A stretch of 64,000 bases of DNA from Anaeramoeba ignava BMAN (GCA_028826165.1 JAPDFW010000084.1:62001-126000); one strand, 5' to 3'. Counted from the first letter of the stretch, positions 1 to 13,094 are shown. Notes: generated by a model not told the origin, from the letters alone. A program made the numbers and translations.

Positions 1-428
1 GAGAAAACAAATCGCAAGTCAAATCAAATGGTGTTTTTTCTTTTTGATTTGAATCAATAACTGGAATATCGCAATTTGATGTGTAAATGTATTTCAAAGC
101 TTCTTTGGCAACTTTATAATCATATTCTAATTGTAAATGATTGCTTTGAAAAGCTGCAAATGTTGGTGAACGTGATGATAATATTGATGAATATCCATAT
201 AATTTTTGATGGTTTTTTGCTTCAATTACCACATCTTGTCCAAGTTCTGGTATTTCTATTGAAAGCACAAGATCTGAAACAAATGCTTCTGTTGCTGTAA
301 ATTTTTTTATTATTAACCGACTTTCTGATAAATTTCTATTTGTGTTTTTTGTTTCATTTTTAAATAATAAATAATTAAAATTAAAATTAAAAAATTTTGT
401 ATTATTTTATTAACCTTTTTTCATTCAT
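1..428 (-). CDS. BTB/POZ-domain protein, 5' part (runs off the window); tandem paralogue of the gene at 619-3671
   Basis: Manual splice: ATG 428, intron 336-414, then an open frame to base 1 (...PELGQDVVIEAKNHQKLYGYSSILSSRSPTF...YDYKVAKEALKYIYTSNCDIPVIDSNQKEKTPFDLTCDLF). This aligns by eye with the neighbour (PGFGQDVLIKTDKNKKLYTYSSILSIRSEKF...YNYEVVKTALEYVCVSICNLPVIDPNQNKKSPFELTCNLL). Not in the ORF track. Confidence 0.8.
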
Positions 429-618
429 TCTCTTCTTTTCTTTTTTCTTTTTTAAAAAGAAAAAAATGAAAATTTTAAAAAATGGAAAATAAAAATTAAA
501 AAATTAAAAAGTGGACTTTTTTAAAAAAAAAAATCTGTTTTCTTTTCTTTTCTTTTTTTTATTTAAATTGCTTAATCGGAATCAAAAAAAAATTGTTTGC
601 TTGATTAATTGATTAATT

Positions 619-3600
619 TTAAAAATAAACTTCAAGTTGATCAACTTCCCATTCTCCATATTGTTGAGTAAAAAATGTTCTTGCTTCTTTTGAACCAAAT
701 TCAATACCATTTGGAAGTTGATAACTGCATCCTGGATTTGAATATCCTGTTTTCAAATCTGCTGAAATTGATAAATCCCATCCATCTCCAAAAATAGGTC
801 CTCTTTTTGAATAATAAATAATACCTATTTTCTTTGGTTTTTCTTTCAATTCAATTTTCATTTGTCGATCTTTTTTAGATGATTTCAAGATGAATAAAAA
901 GCTTTGATTATCTTCAATTTTTTGAATTTTTTGATGATCTTTTTCAATTGATTTCATTTTTTTTTTAATATACGCTGAAATTTCATTTTCTTCTTCTTTT
1001 TGATTTTGATTTTGATTTTCATTATTTTCATTATTTTGATTTTGATTTTGATTTTGATTTTCATTATTTTCATTTTGATTTTGATTTTGATTTTGATTTT
1101 GATTTTCATTTTCATTTTCTTTTTCTTTTTCTTTTTCTTTTTCATTTTCTTTTTTCTTTTCGAATTTTTTCCATCCAACTGAACTGTATCCTCCAAAAAT
1201 ATTCCTCCAGATTGAATTAAAACAAGAATTGGATTTTTATTATCACAAACTTGATGAAAATCTTGACATGTTAATTGATCTTCTTTTGTCGAAACAAATT
1301 GAAGTTTCATTTTGTTAAAAATTTCTTTTCCAATCCATCCTTGAACAATCGTTGAATATTTGTCAACAATCCCTTCACTTTTGGCAAGGTTTTTTGGTTT
1401 GATTTCTTTTGCGTTTTTTTCACTTTCAATTCCAGATAGATTAATTAAATCAGGATCAATATAAACTCTTTTACTTTTAAACCAACTAATGCTTGTTCTA
1501 TATTTTTTAATGATCTTCTTATTTTCTTTTGTATCTCCATCAAGATTATTCTCAATAAAATCTGAAATATCATTGATTTCCTCTTTTGTTAATAAATTTG
1601 TTTTTGCAACTTCATTAATTTCCTCAAGATCCATTACTCCAAATCTAATTACTTCGATAAAAGTATTTTTGATATAGTTTTGGGTTTCTGGGTATAATAT
1701 TTCTTCATCATTATTATTGTTATTATCATTATTGTTATTATTATTATTATCATTATTATCATTATTATCATTATTATTATTATTATATTATTATTATTAT
1801 TATTATTATTGTTATTATTGTTATTATTGTTATTATTATTATCATTATTATTGTTATCATCATTATTATTATCGTTTGTTTTTTGTTTTTTGTTTTTTGC
1901 ATAATTAACAACCATCTGAAAAAGAGAAAATTCGCTTGGAATATTCAAAGTATCTCGTTGGAGAATTTCTCTCATATTGGAATCTGAAATGTGCAAATAA
2001 TCCTCGTTTATGATAATATCTCTAATTTGTTTATCAATAATTGAAAAAACTTTTTCAAGAAGTTTTTTGTGTTTCAGTTTCCTAATAGAATCCAATTTTT
2101 CTAAAGCTTCACTTTTAATTTTTCTTTGGTTGATTTTCATTTTCATCTTCAATTTCAATTTGATTTTCATTTTCATTATTTTGATTTTCATTTTCATTTT
2201 CATTTTCATTATTTTCATTTTCATTATTTTCATTGTTTTCATTTTCATTTTCATTTTGATTTTGATTTTCATTTTCATTATTTTCATTTTCATTATTTTC
2301 ATTGTTTTGATTTTCATTATTTTCATTGTTTTGATTTTGATTTTGATTTTGATTTTGATTTTGATTTTGATTTTGATTTTCATTGTTTTGATTTTCATTA
2401 TTTTCATTGTTTTCATTTTCATTTTGATTTTGATTTTGATTTTCATTATTTTCATTGTTTTGATTTTCATTATTTTGATTTTCATTTTGATTTTGATTTT
2501 CATTATTTTCATTGTTTTGATTTTGATTTTGATTTTCATTGTTTTGATTTTGATTTTGATTTTCATTATTTTCATTATTTTCATGATTTTGATTTTGATT
2601 TTGATTTTGATTTTGATTTTGATTTTGATTTTCATTGTTTTGATTTTCATTATTTTCATTGTTTTGATTTTGATTTTGATTTTCATTTTGATTTTGATTT
2701 TGATTTTCATTATTTTCATTATTTTCATGATTTTGATTTTGATTTTGATTTTGATTTTCATTGATTTTCATTTTGATTTTGATTTTGATTTTGATTTTGA
2801 TTTTGATTTTGATTTTCATTATTTTCATTGTTTTGATTTTGATTTTGATTTTCATTATTTTCATTATTTTCATTATTTTCATTATTTTGATTTTGATTTT
2901 GATTTTCATTGTTTTGATTTTCATTTTCTAATATCAAATCTAAATTTGAATATTCTTTAGTCTGAATTCTATCAAGCGAATCTTCAATAAATTTCACACA
3001 TTGAGAAACAACATCACCAAGTGCGTATTTTTTAGCAAAAGAAAGTAAATTGCAAGTCAATTCAAAAGGAGATTTTTTATTTTGATTAGGATCAATAACA
3101 GGAAGATTACAAATTGAAACGCAAACATATTCCAAAGCAGTTTTAACAACTTCATAATTATACTTAAAGTCTAAATTAATTTCAAAAGAATCATCTTCAA
3201 TTTCTTCAATTTCTTCTTTTTGGAATTCAAAATCAATTTTATTTTCTTGTTGAATTATTTTATTTTTATTTTTATTTTCATTTTGAGTTTCTTCTTTTTT
3301 TTTTTTTATCAAATCACGAAATTTTTCTGAACGAATTGATAATATTGATGAATATGTATATAATTTTTTATTTTTATCTGTTTTAATCAACACATCTTGC
3401 CCAAATCCTGGATTATAAAGTGTAAATCGGAGTTCTTTTGCAAGTTGTTCAGTTCTTGTAAAAGTTTGTGTAAAAAAATTTTGCCTTTTTTATTTTTTTA
3501 TTTTTTTTTTCCGGTTTTTTTTTTTAAATTTTGAATTTGTTTTTGATTTTAAATTGTTTTAAATTTTAATATAAATTTAATTGAAATAATGTAAATTAAT

Positions 3601-3671
3601 AATTTTTTTTTGCTTTTGATAGGACTTATTATTAATATTAATAATAAAAAAAAAATTAATTACTTTTGCAT
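619..3671 (-). CDS. BTB-BACK-TLDc protein with EN/QN and poly-N tracts; frameshifted as given (assembly error or pseudogene)
   Basis: BTB in ORF 2758-3393; BACK-like ILQRDTLNIPSEFSLFQMVVNYA; TLDc motifs DFHQVCDNKNPILVLI, IF/GGYSSVGW (frameshift near 1197), SFLF, GPIFGDGWDL, LEVY. Putative start ATG 3671 with intron 3485-3663. Confidence 0.75.
2130..2930 (-). repeat. Coding (GAAAAT/CAAAAT/AAT)n tract encoding EN/QN low-complexity sequence
   Basis: Direct reading; source of the spurious MKIK/ILIL/DFHF ORFs. Confidence 0.95.
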
Positions 3672-3742
3672 TTAAGGAAAAAAATGAAAAAAAAAAAGGA
3701 AAAAAAAAACTTTTTCATTTTTTTTTTTTTGTTAATAGAAAA

Positions 3743-5253
3743 ATGTTCAGAAAAGAAGAAAAAGAACCATTTAATTTCGAAAAACTTCAAAAATTAATAA
3801 TTCAACCAAAAATTGAAAATATAAAAAAAGAAGAAAAAGAAGAAAAAGAAAATTTTGAAGAAATAGAAAAAAAAGAAGATTGTTTTTCATGGCTTCCTGA
3901 TGAAAGTTTGGATTGAATTTAATTTTATATTTAAAATTAAAATTTTTGAATTAAATTTAATTTGGACTGAATTGAAATAATAAATGGTTTTTTTTTATTG
4001 TTTTTTTTTTAAAAGTTCTTATAACAATATTTAGTTATTTTGATACATTCTATCAAATTGGAATTTGTTCTTCTGTTAACCAACAATTTAATAGAGTCTC
4101 GGAAGATTGGTTTATATGGAAGCAAATGATTGGAAATCATTATGAAGTTCTTGATTTTAAAAATTTATTAATTAATAATTTTGGAGAAATTTATGAACAT
4201 GGAAAACTTGGATTATCAACAATTTATAGCAAACAAGAAGAAAATTTACACGAAAATCCACAAGAAAATATCATGAGCCAATTAATAGGTTCTGAAAATA
4301 AAAAGCTATCAGAAGATTTAGTTCGAAAACCAAAAGAAATTTTTCTTCAACAATTAAATAAATTCCAAAAAGTGATGAAAGACAAAAAGAAAATCGACAG
4401 ATTATCAAAAAGAAGAGAGAGAATTGAATCCAAACTAAATATTGCATGTTCTCCTTTATTTGTCTCTATTGCCATTTTATGCATATTTCCGTTGCCTTTG
4501 TTGTTGATTTCATTGAAATTGGATGCAATTATTAAAGGTTCATGGTTTTTGGTTTTTATTCCTTTTTTTGTTATTCTTACTTACTCATTCATTGGGTTCT
4601 TCCTGATGGCCTTTAAAACAATTATTATTGAAGACGATTATTTTCTGAGTCGATTCTTTTATCTGTCTTCGTTGATTATAATTGCATTTCTAGTTCTTTT
4701 GGGATTAAGAATAGATTCAATTGTTGAAAATATTAATTTTTTATTGATTTCAATTCCTATGTTTGTTTATTTTGTAATTGGAGTGTATCATATGATAAAA
4801 ACTCTTAAATATGAAAGCAGGAGAATCCACAACAAAAATACACTGATTACTGATTGCTATTTATTGCTTTATCCTTTTGCTCTTTTGTTTTTCTTCTTGA
4901 TCTTTCTTGTTCTTCTTTCTTTGAAATTGGATTTTGATAATTTTAATAAAAAAATATCTTGGACTTCAGTTTTTGCTCCTTTGTTTGTTGCTGATGGTCT
5001 CCCAATCATTGCTTTGCTTGTTTGCTTTATTCTCAAAAGGTTTATGCGAGTCCATCCTGATTTTTTCACTATGAGTATCACATTTTTGATTGTTAATATT
5101 TTGTTCTTTGTTTCTGAATTGTTAATTCTTCTTAATTTAATCGGAAAAACAAAGATTAAATATTCTTTGGTTTTTCTTCCTTTATTAATTCCTTCTTGGG
5201 TTTTTGGTATTGTTTTAGTTTTTATGAGCGGAAAAGCAATGTTAAATCGATAA
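3743..5253 (+). CDS. F-box protein fused to TMEM185/TMEM203-like multi-pass membrane repeats
   Basis: ATG 3743, intron about 3906-4015 gives F-box FSWLPDEILITIFSYF...W. The C-terminal half has four repeats of the L-x-L-[KR]-L-D...SW..VFxP type with paired TM helices. Confidence 0.75.
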
Positions 5254-5379
5254 AATATTAAATTATTTGATTTAATTTTTTTTTTAATTGTAATTTAAAT
5301 AAAATTTTTTTTCATTTTCATTTTTTTCCTTTTCATTTTTTTTTAAATAAACAAACAAACAAACAAAAATAAATTAAAA

Positions 5380-6660
5380 ATGTCGTTTGTTTCAAAATCA
5401 TATTTTTACATTTCATTTATGGCTTTTGCAATGGTTTTATCCCAAGAATTACAAGAAAATCAAAACCAATTTTTCCAAGCATTAGTTTCAATTTCAAACA
5501 GAAGTTTACCTTCATTAACCCTTATGAATATTGTAGCTATGATTTTATTTTTTATTTGGAATTTCATTACAAAATTAGTTTATGGAAATTTAAATGAATT
5601 TGAATTGGATGTACATTTTATTAAAAAAAAAACAACTAATTAATTAATTGAATTGAATTGAATTATTTTTTTTTTGAATTATTTATTTAGACTTTATTTG
5701 AAACTGGATATAGAAAATTAGTTGATTTTTTATTGATTGCTGGAATGTCTGGTTATAAATCTACAAAAGAAGGAATTTTCATATTTTTTATACTATTATT
5801 ATTAAGAGAATGGAATGAAATTGCGAATTTAAGATTTTCACTTGTAAAATCAAAATTGAAAATCAAAATTAAAAATTAATAATTAATTTTCATTTTAAAG
5901 ATTTTACAAAATCCATTTGTTCCGTTATCTCAAAAATTAAGAATTTTCTTTGGTGTTGTTCTTTTTATGTTCATAGATTTTTCTTTATTCAAATTATCCT
6001 TAAATGAGATGACACAAAACTTTCCATCAATTCATATAATATTTTCAATTGAAGTAAATTCAAAAAAAAAAAAAACAAAACAAGATATAAAATTGGGAAT
6101 TTTATTTATGAAAAAATTTTTGTCAAGTTTCTTTTAATTGTGGTAGAGGTTTTCTTTTTATATATTCGATCAGTATTTCTATTGATTTCAAGTGATAAAA
6201 CTGATGAACTTCTGATTTATCTTGAACCAATCAAAGAATTATTAAAATTTCTTGTTATGTTAATAGCATTTATCCTTTTATTTATGGGCGGTGATATTCC
6301 TTTTAATTTTTTTCCAAGATCTTATTCTTTATTTTAAACTGTTTCGAATTAAATTATCAAACATGATTCAATTCATCAAAATCACAAAATCTTTGAAATC
6401 TGAATTTCCTTCACCAACACAAGAAGATTTAGATCATGATAATATTTGTATAATTTGTCGTGAAGAAATGACAATAAGTAATTCATGCAAACTTCCTTGT
6501 ACTCATTGTGTAAGAAAAAAAGAAAATAAGAAAATTAGAAAATTAATCCATTTCATTTATAATTTTTCTTCATTTTTAGTTTCATAGAGTTTGCTTAAGA
6601 AGATGGTTTAAACAAAAAAGAAAATGTCCAACTTGTGATTTAGATTTAATGGATAAATAA
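5380..6660 (+). CDS. HRD1: HRD1/synoviolin-like membrane RING-H2 E3 ligase (multi-exon)
   Basis: Hydrophobic N-terminal exons (KLVYGNLNEFE...); spliced C-terminal RING PTQEDLDHDNICIICREEM..CKLPCTHCFHRVCLRRWFKQKRKCPTC; stop 6658-6660. Confidence 0.75.
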
Positions 6661-6824
6661 AAATTTCTAATCGAAAATTATCAACAAAAAAACAAAATTC
6701 AAAATGATTTTAATCAGAAAAAAAAATATGAAAATAGAAAAGAAAGAATAAAATTTGGGAATGAAAAATTTATTATTATTTTTATTTTTATTTTTATTTA
6801 AAAAAAAAAGTCAATAAGAATAGA

Positions 6825-8216
6825 TCACCAAGCATAACGATTTGCTGCTGATCTTCGATTGTGGAAACCTTTTTCATTTTGTTCTAAAATTTTATCTTCA
6901 TTATCATAAGCTTTTACAAGAAGACTTGTTAAATGATTTTTTTGTCTTTGTCTTTTTGATGGAGAATGTTTTATTTTTTTAATTGATTTATTTGGATTTT
7001 GAGGTTTTAAATTTTTGAGTTGATTAATTTGATATTCATTTGATTTTGTATAGTCTTGATTTGAATATGCCTTTGAATCATTTACTTGTTCTTGATAATT
7101 ATTTCCAAATGAATTAATTTGTGGATTTGATAAATTTGGGTTGGTTTGTGATGTTTCTTGAAGAAGATGATAAGGGATGTTGTATTGAAGATAACCATAA
7201 TCCATAAAATCTGTCACTTTTATTTGATTTTCTTTGTATTGATTTTCTTTGTATTGATTTTCTTTGTATTTATTTTGATTTTCTTTGTATTGATTTTGAT
7301 TTTCTTTATATTGGTTTGTTTGATTTTCTTTGTATTGGTTTGTTTGATTTTCTTTATATTGATTTTCTTTGTATTGATTTTGATTTTCTTTATATTGATT
7401 TGCTTGAATTATTTGTTCAAATTTTTCCATTTCTTCAATTTTCTTTATTTTGATTTTCATTTTGATTTTGATTTTCTTCTTGATTTTGAATTTCTTTTTT
7501 CTTTTGATTTTGATTTTGATTTTGATTTTGATTTTGATTTTGATTTTGATTTTGATTTTGATTTTGAATTTCTTTTTCTTTTTGAATTTGATTTTGATTT
7601 TCTTCTTGATTTTGATTTGTTTTTTGGATTGTTGAAAAAAGATTTTTTTTGGTTGGATTTTTTGAATAAATATCATCATCAATTTCATCAGATTCTTCAC
7701 CAGAAGAATAGTGGAAAAAAACTTCTTCTTCTTTTTTTACTTCTTTATTAATTTTTTTTCTTTTTTTGAATGATGTTTTTTTTGATTTTTTTTGTTGATT
7801 TTCATTTTTTACATTTTCTTGTTCATTTTTACTATTATTGTTTTTATTTTTTTGATTAATTTGAGGTTTTGGAAGTTTTGATAATAAAGAATTAATTGTT
7901 GATTTGTTTTCAACATTTTCTTGTTCATTTTTACTATTATTGTTTTTATTGTTTTCATTTTTTTTTTTTGTTGATTTTCATTTTTTTCGTTAATTTGAGT
8001 TTTTGCAACATTTTCTTGTTCATTTTTACTATTATTGTTTTTATTGTTTTCATTTTTTTGTTGATTTTCATTTTTTTCGTTAATTTGAGGTTTTGGAAGT
8101 TTTGGTAATAAAGAATTAATAGTTGATTTGTTTTCAACATTTTCTTGTTCATTTTTATCATTTTCTGAACTTTCTTCATCAGAATCAAATTCATAAAGAT
8201 TTTGAATTAAATTCAT
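6825..8216 (-). CDS. PRCC-domain protein (frameshifts in low-complexity middle)
   Basis: N-terminus MNLIQNLYEFDSDEES and C-terminus RQRQKNHLTSLLVKAYDNEDKILEQNEKGFHNRRSAANRYAW resemble PRCC termini; internal ~100-bp and ENQYK repeats. Confidence 0.65.
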
Positions 8217-8371
8217 TTCAATAAAAAAAAAAATGAAAAGAAAAAAATGAAAAAATAGTTTTTAAAAAAAAATTTTTTTATTAATTTTGTAGAAAGAATT
8301 CAAACTCTAATCAAGAAAAAAGAACGTTTAAGAAAAATGGATAATTTTTAGTTAGAAACTACTAGATAAAT

Positions 8372-9028
8372 CTATTGAAGACCACCCATACACACTAGCA
8401 ACAAAACTGGAATAATGATAAACCAGTATTTCTTAAAAAAACTTTTTTCTTCTGGTTGATCTGTCATCTTTCTAAACTCAGATCCATAACCCTGGTTAAG
8501 ATTCACGGTTGCTCCATGAACAGGAATATCAATAAAGCCTGTTGTTTTCAGGGATTTTATTGGGAAATATTTTTCACTTTTTGAAGAAGCGTTTTTATCA
8601 TAATTAAAATTCGTTATATAATCAACTCCAATTATTTTTTCGTTATTATCGAAATGAAGTATGATTTGATCCTGGCCGTTTGAGCGTAATAGATCATATG
8701 CCTTTATTGACGCAATTGAAAAACTTGCTTTTGATTTTGAATGTGGATCAGTTGGAACTCTTATTGAATAATATCCTTCTTTATTTGCATTTTCTATTAA
8801 TTCTTTTTTGTCTTTTTCTGTTAATTCATAATTTTCTATTTTAATTTTGATTCTTTTTGTTCCTTGTTTTTTGAATGGAATTGGACTAATAAATTCGATT
8901 TTTCCTCTTTTTTTCCATTCATTTCCTAATTTATGTTCAAATTCAAAATCCATTTTATAACTTTTAGCATTTGTAAAATAAGTGAATAAAAAAATGAAGA
9001 AAAAAAGAAATAATAATAATAATTTCAT
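8372..9028 (-). CDS. EMC10: ER membrane protein complex subunit 10
   Basis: Signal peptide from ATG 9028 (MKLLLLFLFF...), FEHKLG..WKKRGKI, YSIRV, and the diagnostic C-terminal EKSFFKKYWFIIIPVLLLV. Confidence 0.85.
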   Translation of the reverse strand: MKLLLLFLFFFIFLFTYFTNAKSYKMDFEFEHKLGNEWKKRGKIEFISPIPFKKQGTKRIKIKIENYELTEKDKKELIENANKEGYYSIRVPTDPHSKSKASFSIASIKAYDLLRSNGQDQIILHFDNNEKIIGVDYITNFNYDKNASSKSEKYFPIKSLKTTGFIDIPVHGATVNLNQGYGSEFRKMTDQPEEKSFFKKYWFIIIPVLLLVCMGGLQ

Positions 9029-9113
9029 AATTAATTTAAAAAGAAAAAAAATGAAAAAATGAAAAATGAAAAAATATTTTTTTTTTAAATTGAAAAAAAA
9101 AACATAATTTAAG

Positions 9114-9202
9114 CGCCAAGAAGGCAGAATCGAACTGCTAACGAATCGCTTCGTTCGACGGATTTGAAGTCCGCCCTCAATACCTATCAAGTTCATCTTG
9201 GC
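9114..9202 (-). tRNA. tRNA-Sec (anticodon UCA)
   Basis: Minus strand GCCAAGATG AA CTTGAT AGGT ATTGAG GGCGGA CTTCAAA TCCGTC G AACGAA GCGA TTCGTT A GCAG TTCGATT CTGC CTTCTTGGC G. This gives a 9-bp acceptor stem with one U.U pair, 6-bp D stem with 4-nt loop, 6-bp anticodon stem, long variable arm, 4-bp T stem and G discriminator: the eukaryotic 9/4 Sec fold. Confidence 0.96.
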
Positions 9203-9299
9203 AATTTTTATTTTTAAAAAATATCCTCTTTTAAAGTATTATTTTAAAAAAAAATTTATTTTAATTTTTTATTTTAATTTCTTTTTTAATTCTTTAATT

Positions 9300-12200
9300 T
9301 CTATTTTAATTTCTAATTTTAAAAAAAAAATAAGAAAAAAAATTTTCCTTTTTCTTTTTCTTTTTCTTTTTCTTTTTGATTTTGATTTTGATTTTGATTT
9401 TGGATTTTGATTTTGATTTTAATTTTAATTATAATCTATTTGAAAGTTATAATCTTCTAAAATTGTTTCTCTTTTTTGTTTTTTTGATTTTGGTTTTTTT
9501 GATTTTCTTTTTTTTAAAGTTTGTTTTTCTATTTGATTTTCATTTTCAATTTCAATTTGATTTTGATTTTGATTTTGATTTTCAATTTGATTTTCATTTT
9601 CATTTTCAATTTCAATTTGATTTTCATTATTTTCATTTTCATTTTCATTTTCATTTTCATTTTCATTTTCAATTTCATTTTCATTTTCATTTTCATTTTC
9701 ATTTTCATTTTCATTTTCATTTTCATTTTCATTTTCATTTTCATTTTCATTTTCATTTTCATTTTCATCTTTTATTCTTCTTTTTTTGGGTTTTAATTTA
9801 GTTAAAATTTCACTAGCAAGTTTTTCTGGTGATCCATTTTTCTATAAATAATTGGAGGATTCAAAAAAAAAACATTTTAATAAAATCAATAAATTATATT
9901 TGATTTAAAATAAAAAACAAATTTACTAAAATTAAATAATGAGGAAATTGATTAATTCCTTTTAAAGTATCAATAAGAGTTTCTTGTTCTTCTTTGTAAA
10001 TTTCTTCCACATTTAATATATCTTTTAATTTAATTTGATAATCTATAGTTTTAGTTTCATTTTCATTTTCATTTTCATTTTGATTTTGATTTTGATTTTC
10101 ATTTTCATCTTTAAAATAAGTATAAAATGGAACTTTTTCACTTGCCCAATTCCTTAAAACTATTAAACTTGCATTTAATTGATTTATTCCATCCTAAAAT
10201 TTTAATTTTAAATTTTAATTTTAATTTTAATTTTAATTTTGATTTTATAATTGAATTTTAATTTTAATTTTAATTTGAATTTTACAACACGGATTTTTTT
10301 CTTTTTTTCAATAATATGACTTAAAAATTCATTTGCATCTTTGAAATCAGGAATTTTATAATATTGCATTAATTGTTCTTTTTGAGTTCTATTAACCAAT
10401 TCTTTTATAAGAGAAATATCTTTAAGTTTTGAATTTAATTTTCTTCTCAATAAAACATCATTTAAATTGACTTGTTGAGATTGAAAAATAACGTCTCCAG
10501 TAAATTCAAAGAATTTTATCTTTTGACTTATTGGAAATTTATTTAGTTTTAAACTTTCAATAAATGATTTCTTTCCTACATTTGGTTTTCCTATTATCCC
10601 AACAACATATTCATTTGCATTGGGTATTATATTCTTTTCAGCAATTTCTTTTAAAATAATTTCTAATGCTTTTGTTCCATAACATTTGTTTTCGTTTCCA
10701 TTTATTTCTTTTTCCTTTTTTTCCTTGGTTTCTCGACTTTTAAATCCAATAACAACTAAATCTTTTCGTAAAAATTCAAGCCAAGAATTTAAAACTTCTT
10801 TTGGAACCAAATCTATTTTTATTTTAATTATAATTTTTATAAATGAATTTTAATATTAATTTTAATTTTAATTTTATAAATGAATTTTAATATTAATTTT
10901 AATTTTAATTTTATAAATGAATTTTAATATTAATTTTAATTTTAATTTTATAAATGAATTTTAATTTTATAAATGAATTTTAATTTTAATTTTAATATTA
11001 ATTTTAATAATTTTAATTTTAATTAATATTAATATTAAATTAATTTTTATAAATGAATTTTAATTTTAATTTTAATTTTAATTTTAATAATTTTTTTAAA
11101 TTTTATAAATGAATTTTAATATTAATGAATTTTATAAATGAATTTTAATTTTTTTTTAGAGATTACCAATCTTATTTAAAACTGTAATTAAAATTTTTTG
11201 AGGATTTGAACGAATATAATTTTCAATTTCAATTGAACGAGTTGAAATAGGATCTCTTGCATCAAGAATTTGAATTATAATATTGCAATTTTGAATTAAA
11301 TAAATTAAATCATAGATAAGCATTTTTCTTGTTTTTTGAATAACTTTTAATTCTTCTTTTTTTTGTTCTTTGTTTTCTTCTTCTTTTTGTTTTTCTTCTT
11401 GTTCTTTTTTTTTTTGTGACGTAATTAAACTTTTTTCTTTTAATTTTTGTTTTTCTTGTTCTTTTTGTTCTTTCATTTCTTGTATAAGTTTTTCTTTAAA
11501 CGGCCAAGAATTAGGAATACCAGGATCTTTTCTATGTGGTTTCCCTTTTTTAAATTTAATTTAAATTGATTTTAATTTTTAAATTAATTTAAATTGATTT
11601 AAATTGATTTGAATTGATTTGAATTGATTTAAATTGATTTAAATTGATTTAAATTGAATTTTAATTTTTAAATTGATTTAAATTGATTTAAATTGATTTG
11701 AATTGATTTGAATTGATTTAAATTTTAATTTTAAATTGATTTGAATTTAATTTGAATTGATTTAAATTGAATTTTAATTTTAAATTGATTTAAATTGATT
11801 TAAATTGATTTGAATTGATTTAAATTGATTTGAATTGATTTGAATTGATTTAAATTTTAATTTTTAAATTGATTTAAATTGAATTGAATTGATTTTAATT
11901 TTTAAATTGATTTGAATTGATTTAAATTGATTTGAATTGATTTAAATTGATTTAAATTGATTTGAATTGATTTGAATTGATTTAAATTTTAATTTTAAAT
12001 TGATTTGAATTGATTTAAATTGATTTAATTTTAAATTGATTTAAATTGATTTAAATTGATTTAAATTGATTTGAATTGATTTGAATTTTTAAATTGATTT
12101 GAATTGATTTGAATTGATTTGAATTGATTTAAATTGATTTGAATTGATTTGAATTTTAATTTTTAAATTGATTTAAATTTTTAAATTGATTTGAATTTTA

Positions 12201-12979
12201 ATTTTAAATTGATTTAAATTGAATTTTAATTTTTAAATTGATTTAAATTGAATTTTAATTTTTAAATTGATTTGAATTGGAATTTTTAATTTTATTTTTT
12301 ATTGATTTGAATTGAATTATAATTTTTAAAATTTGAAAAAAAATTTGAAAAATGAATTTGAAAAAGAAAAATTTTTAAATAAATTTAAATTTTAATTTTT
12401 CATTTTTTTTTTTCTGTTTAAAATGAATGATTTTTGATTCAGATGAATTGATTTAAATTAATTGAGAATAATTTCAAAATTTCAAACAAAAGAAAACAAT
12501 GAAGGATTTTTTTGGGATTATTTTTCTTGATTTAAATTGATTTTTCAAAATTGATTTAAATTGATTTGAATTTTAATTTTTAAATTGATTTTAGTTGATT
12601 TGAATTTTAATTTTAATTTTTAAATTGATTTGAATTTTAATTTTAATTTTAATTTTAATTTTTAAATTGATTTAAATTATAATTTTTAAATTGAATTTAA
12701 ATTGAAAAACAATTTGAATTGATTTAAATTGATTTGAATTGATTTAAATTGAATTGAATTTTAATTTTTAAATTGATTTAAATTTAATTTAAATTGATTT
12801 AAATTGATTTAAATTGATTTAAATTATAATTTTTAAATTGATTTAAATTGATTACGAAAAGGATAAGGAATTTTTTTAATTTGTTTCTTTGCTTTCTTTT
12901 TATGTTCAATAACTTTTTTCTTTCTTTTATATTTTAATTTGAATGGAATTCTTTTACTTTTAGGTTTATTCTTTGGCAT
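9300..12979 (-). CDS. GNL3/nucleostemin/Nug1-like circularly permuted GTPase (3' end approximate)
   Basis: ATG 12979 MPKNKPKSKRIPFKLKYKKEKKVIEHKRK (Grn1 basic domain), KDPGIPNSWPFKE, ILDARDP, VLNKIDLVP, VGIIGKPNVGK; several introns. Confidence 0.85.
11550..12850. repeat. Intronic (TTGATTTAAA/TTGATTTGAA)n expansion in the GNL3-like gene
   Basis: Direct reading, ~10-nt unit. Confidence 0.9.
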
Positions 12980-13094
12980 TTAAAAATAAAAAAGAAAATG
13001 AAAAAAATGAAAATGAAAAAGAAAAAAAAATTTTTTTTTAAATAAATTTAAATTTTAATTTTTCATTTTTTTTTTATTTTTTTTTCTGTTTAAA

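Noticed and set aside
9029-9196. N-terminal extension of the EMC10 ORF
   Set aside because: It overlaps tRNA-Sec; the signal peptide begins at ATG 9028.
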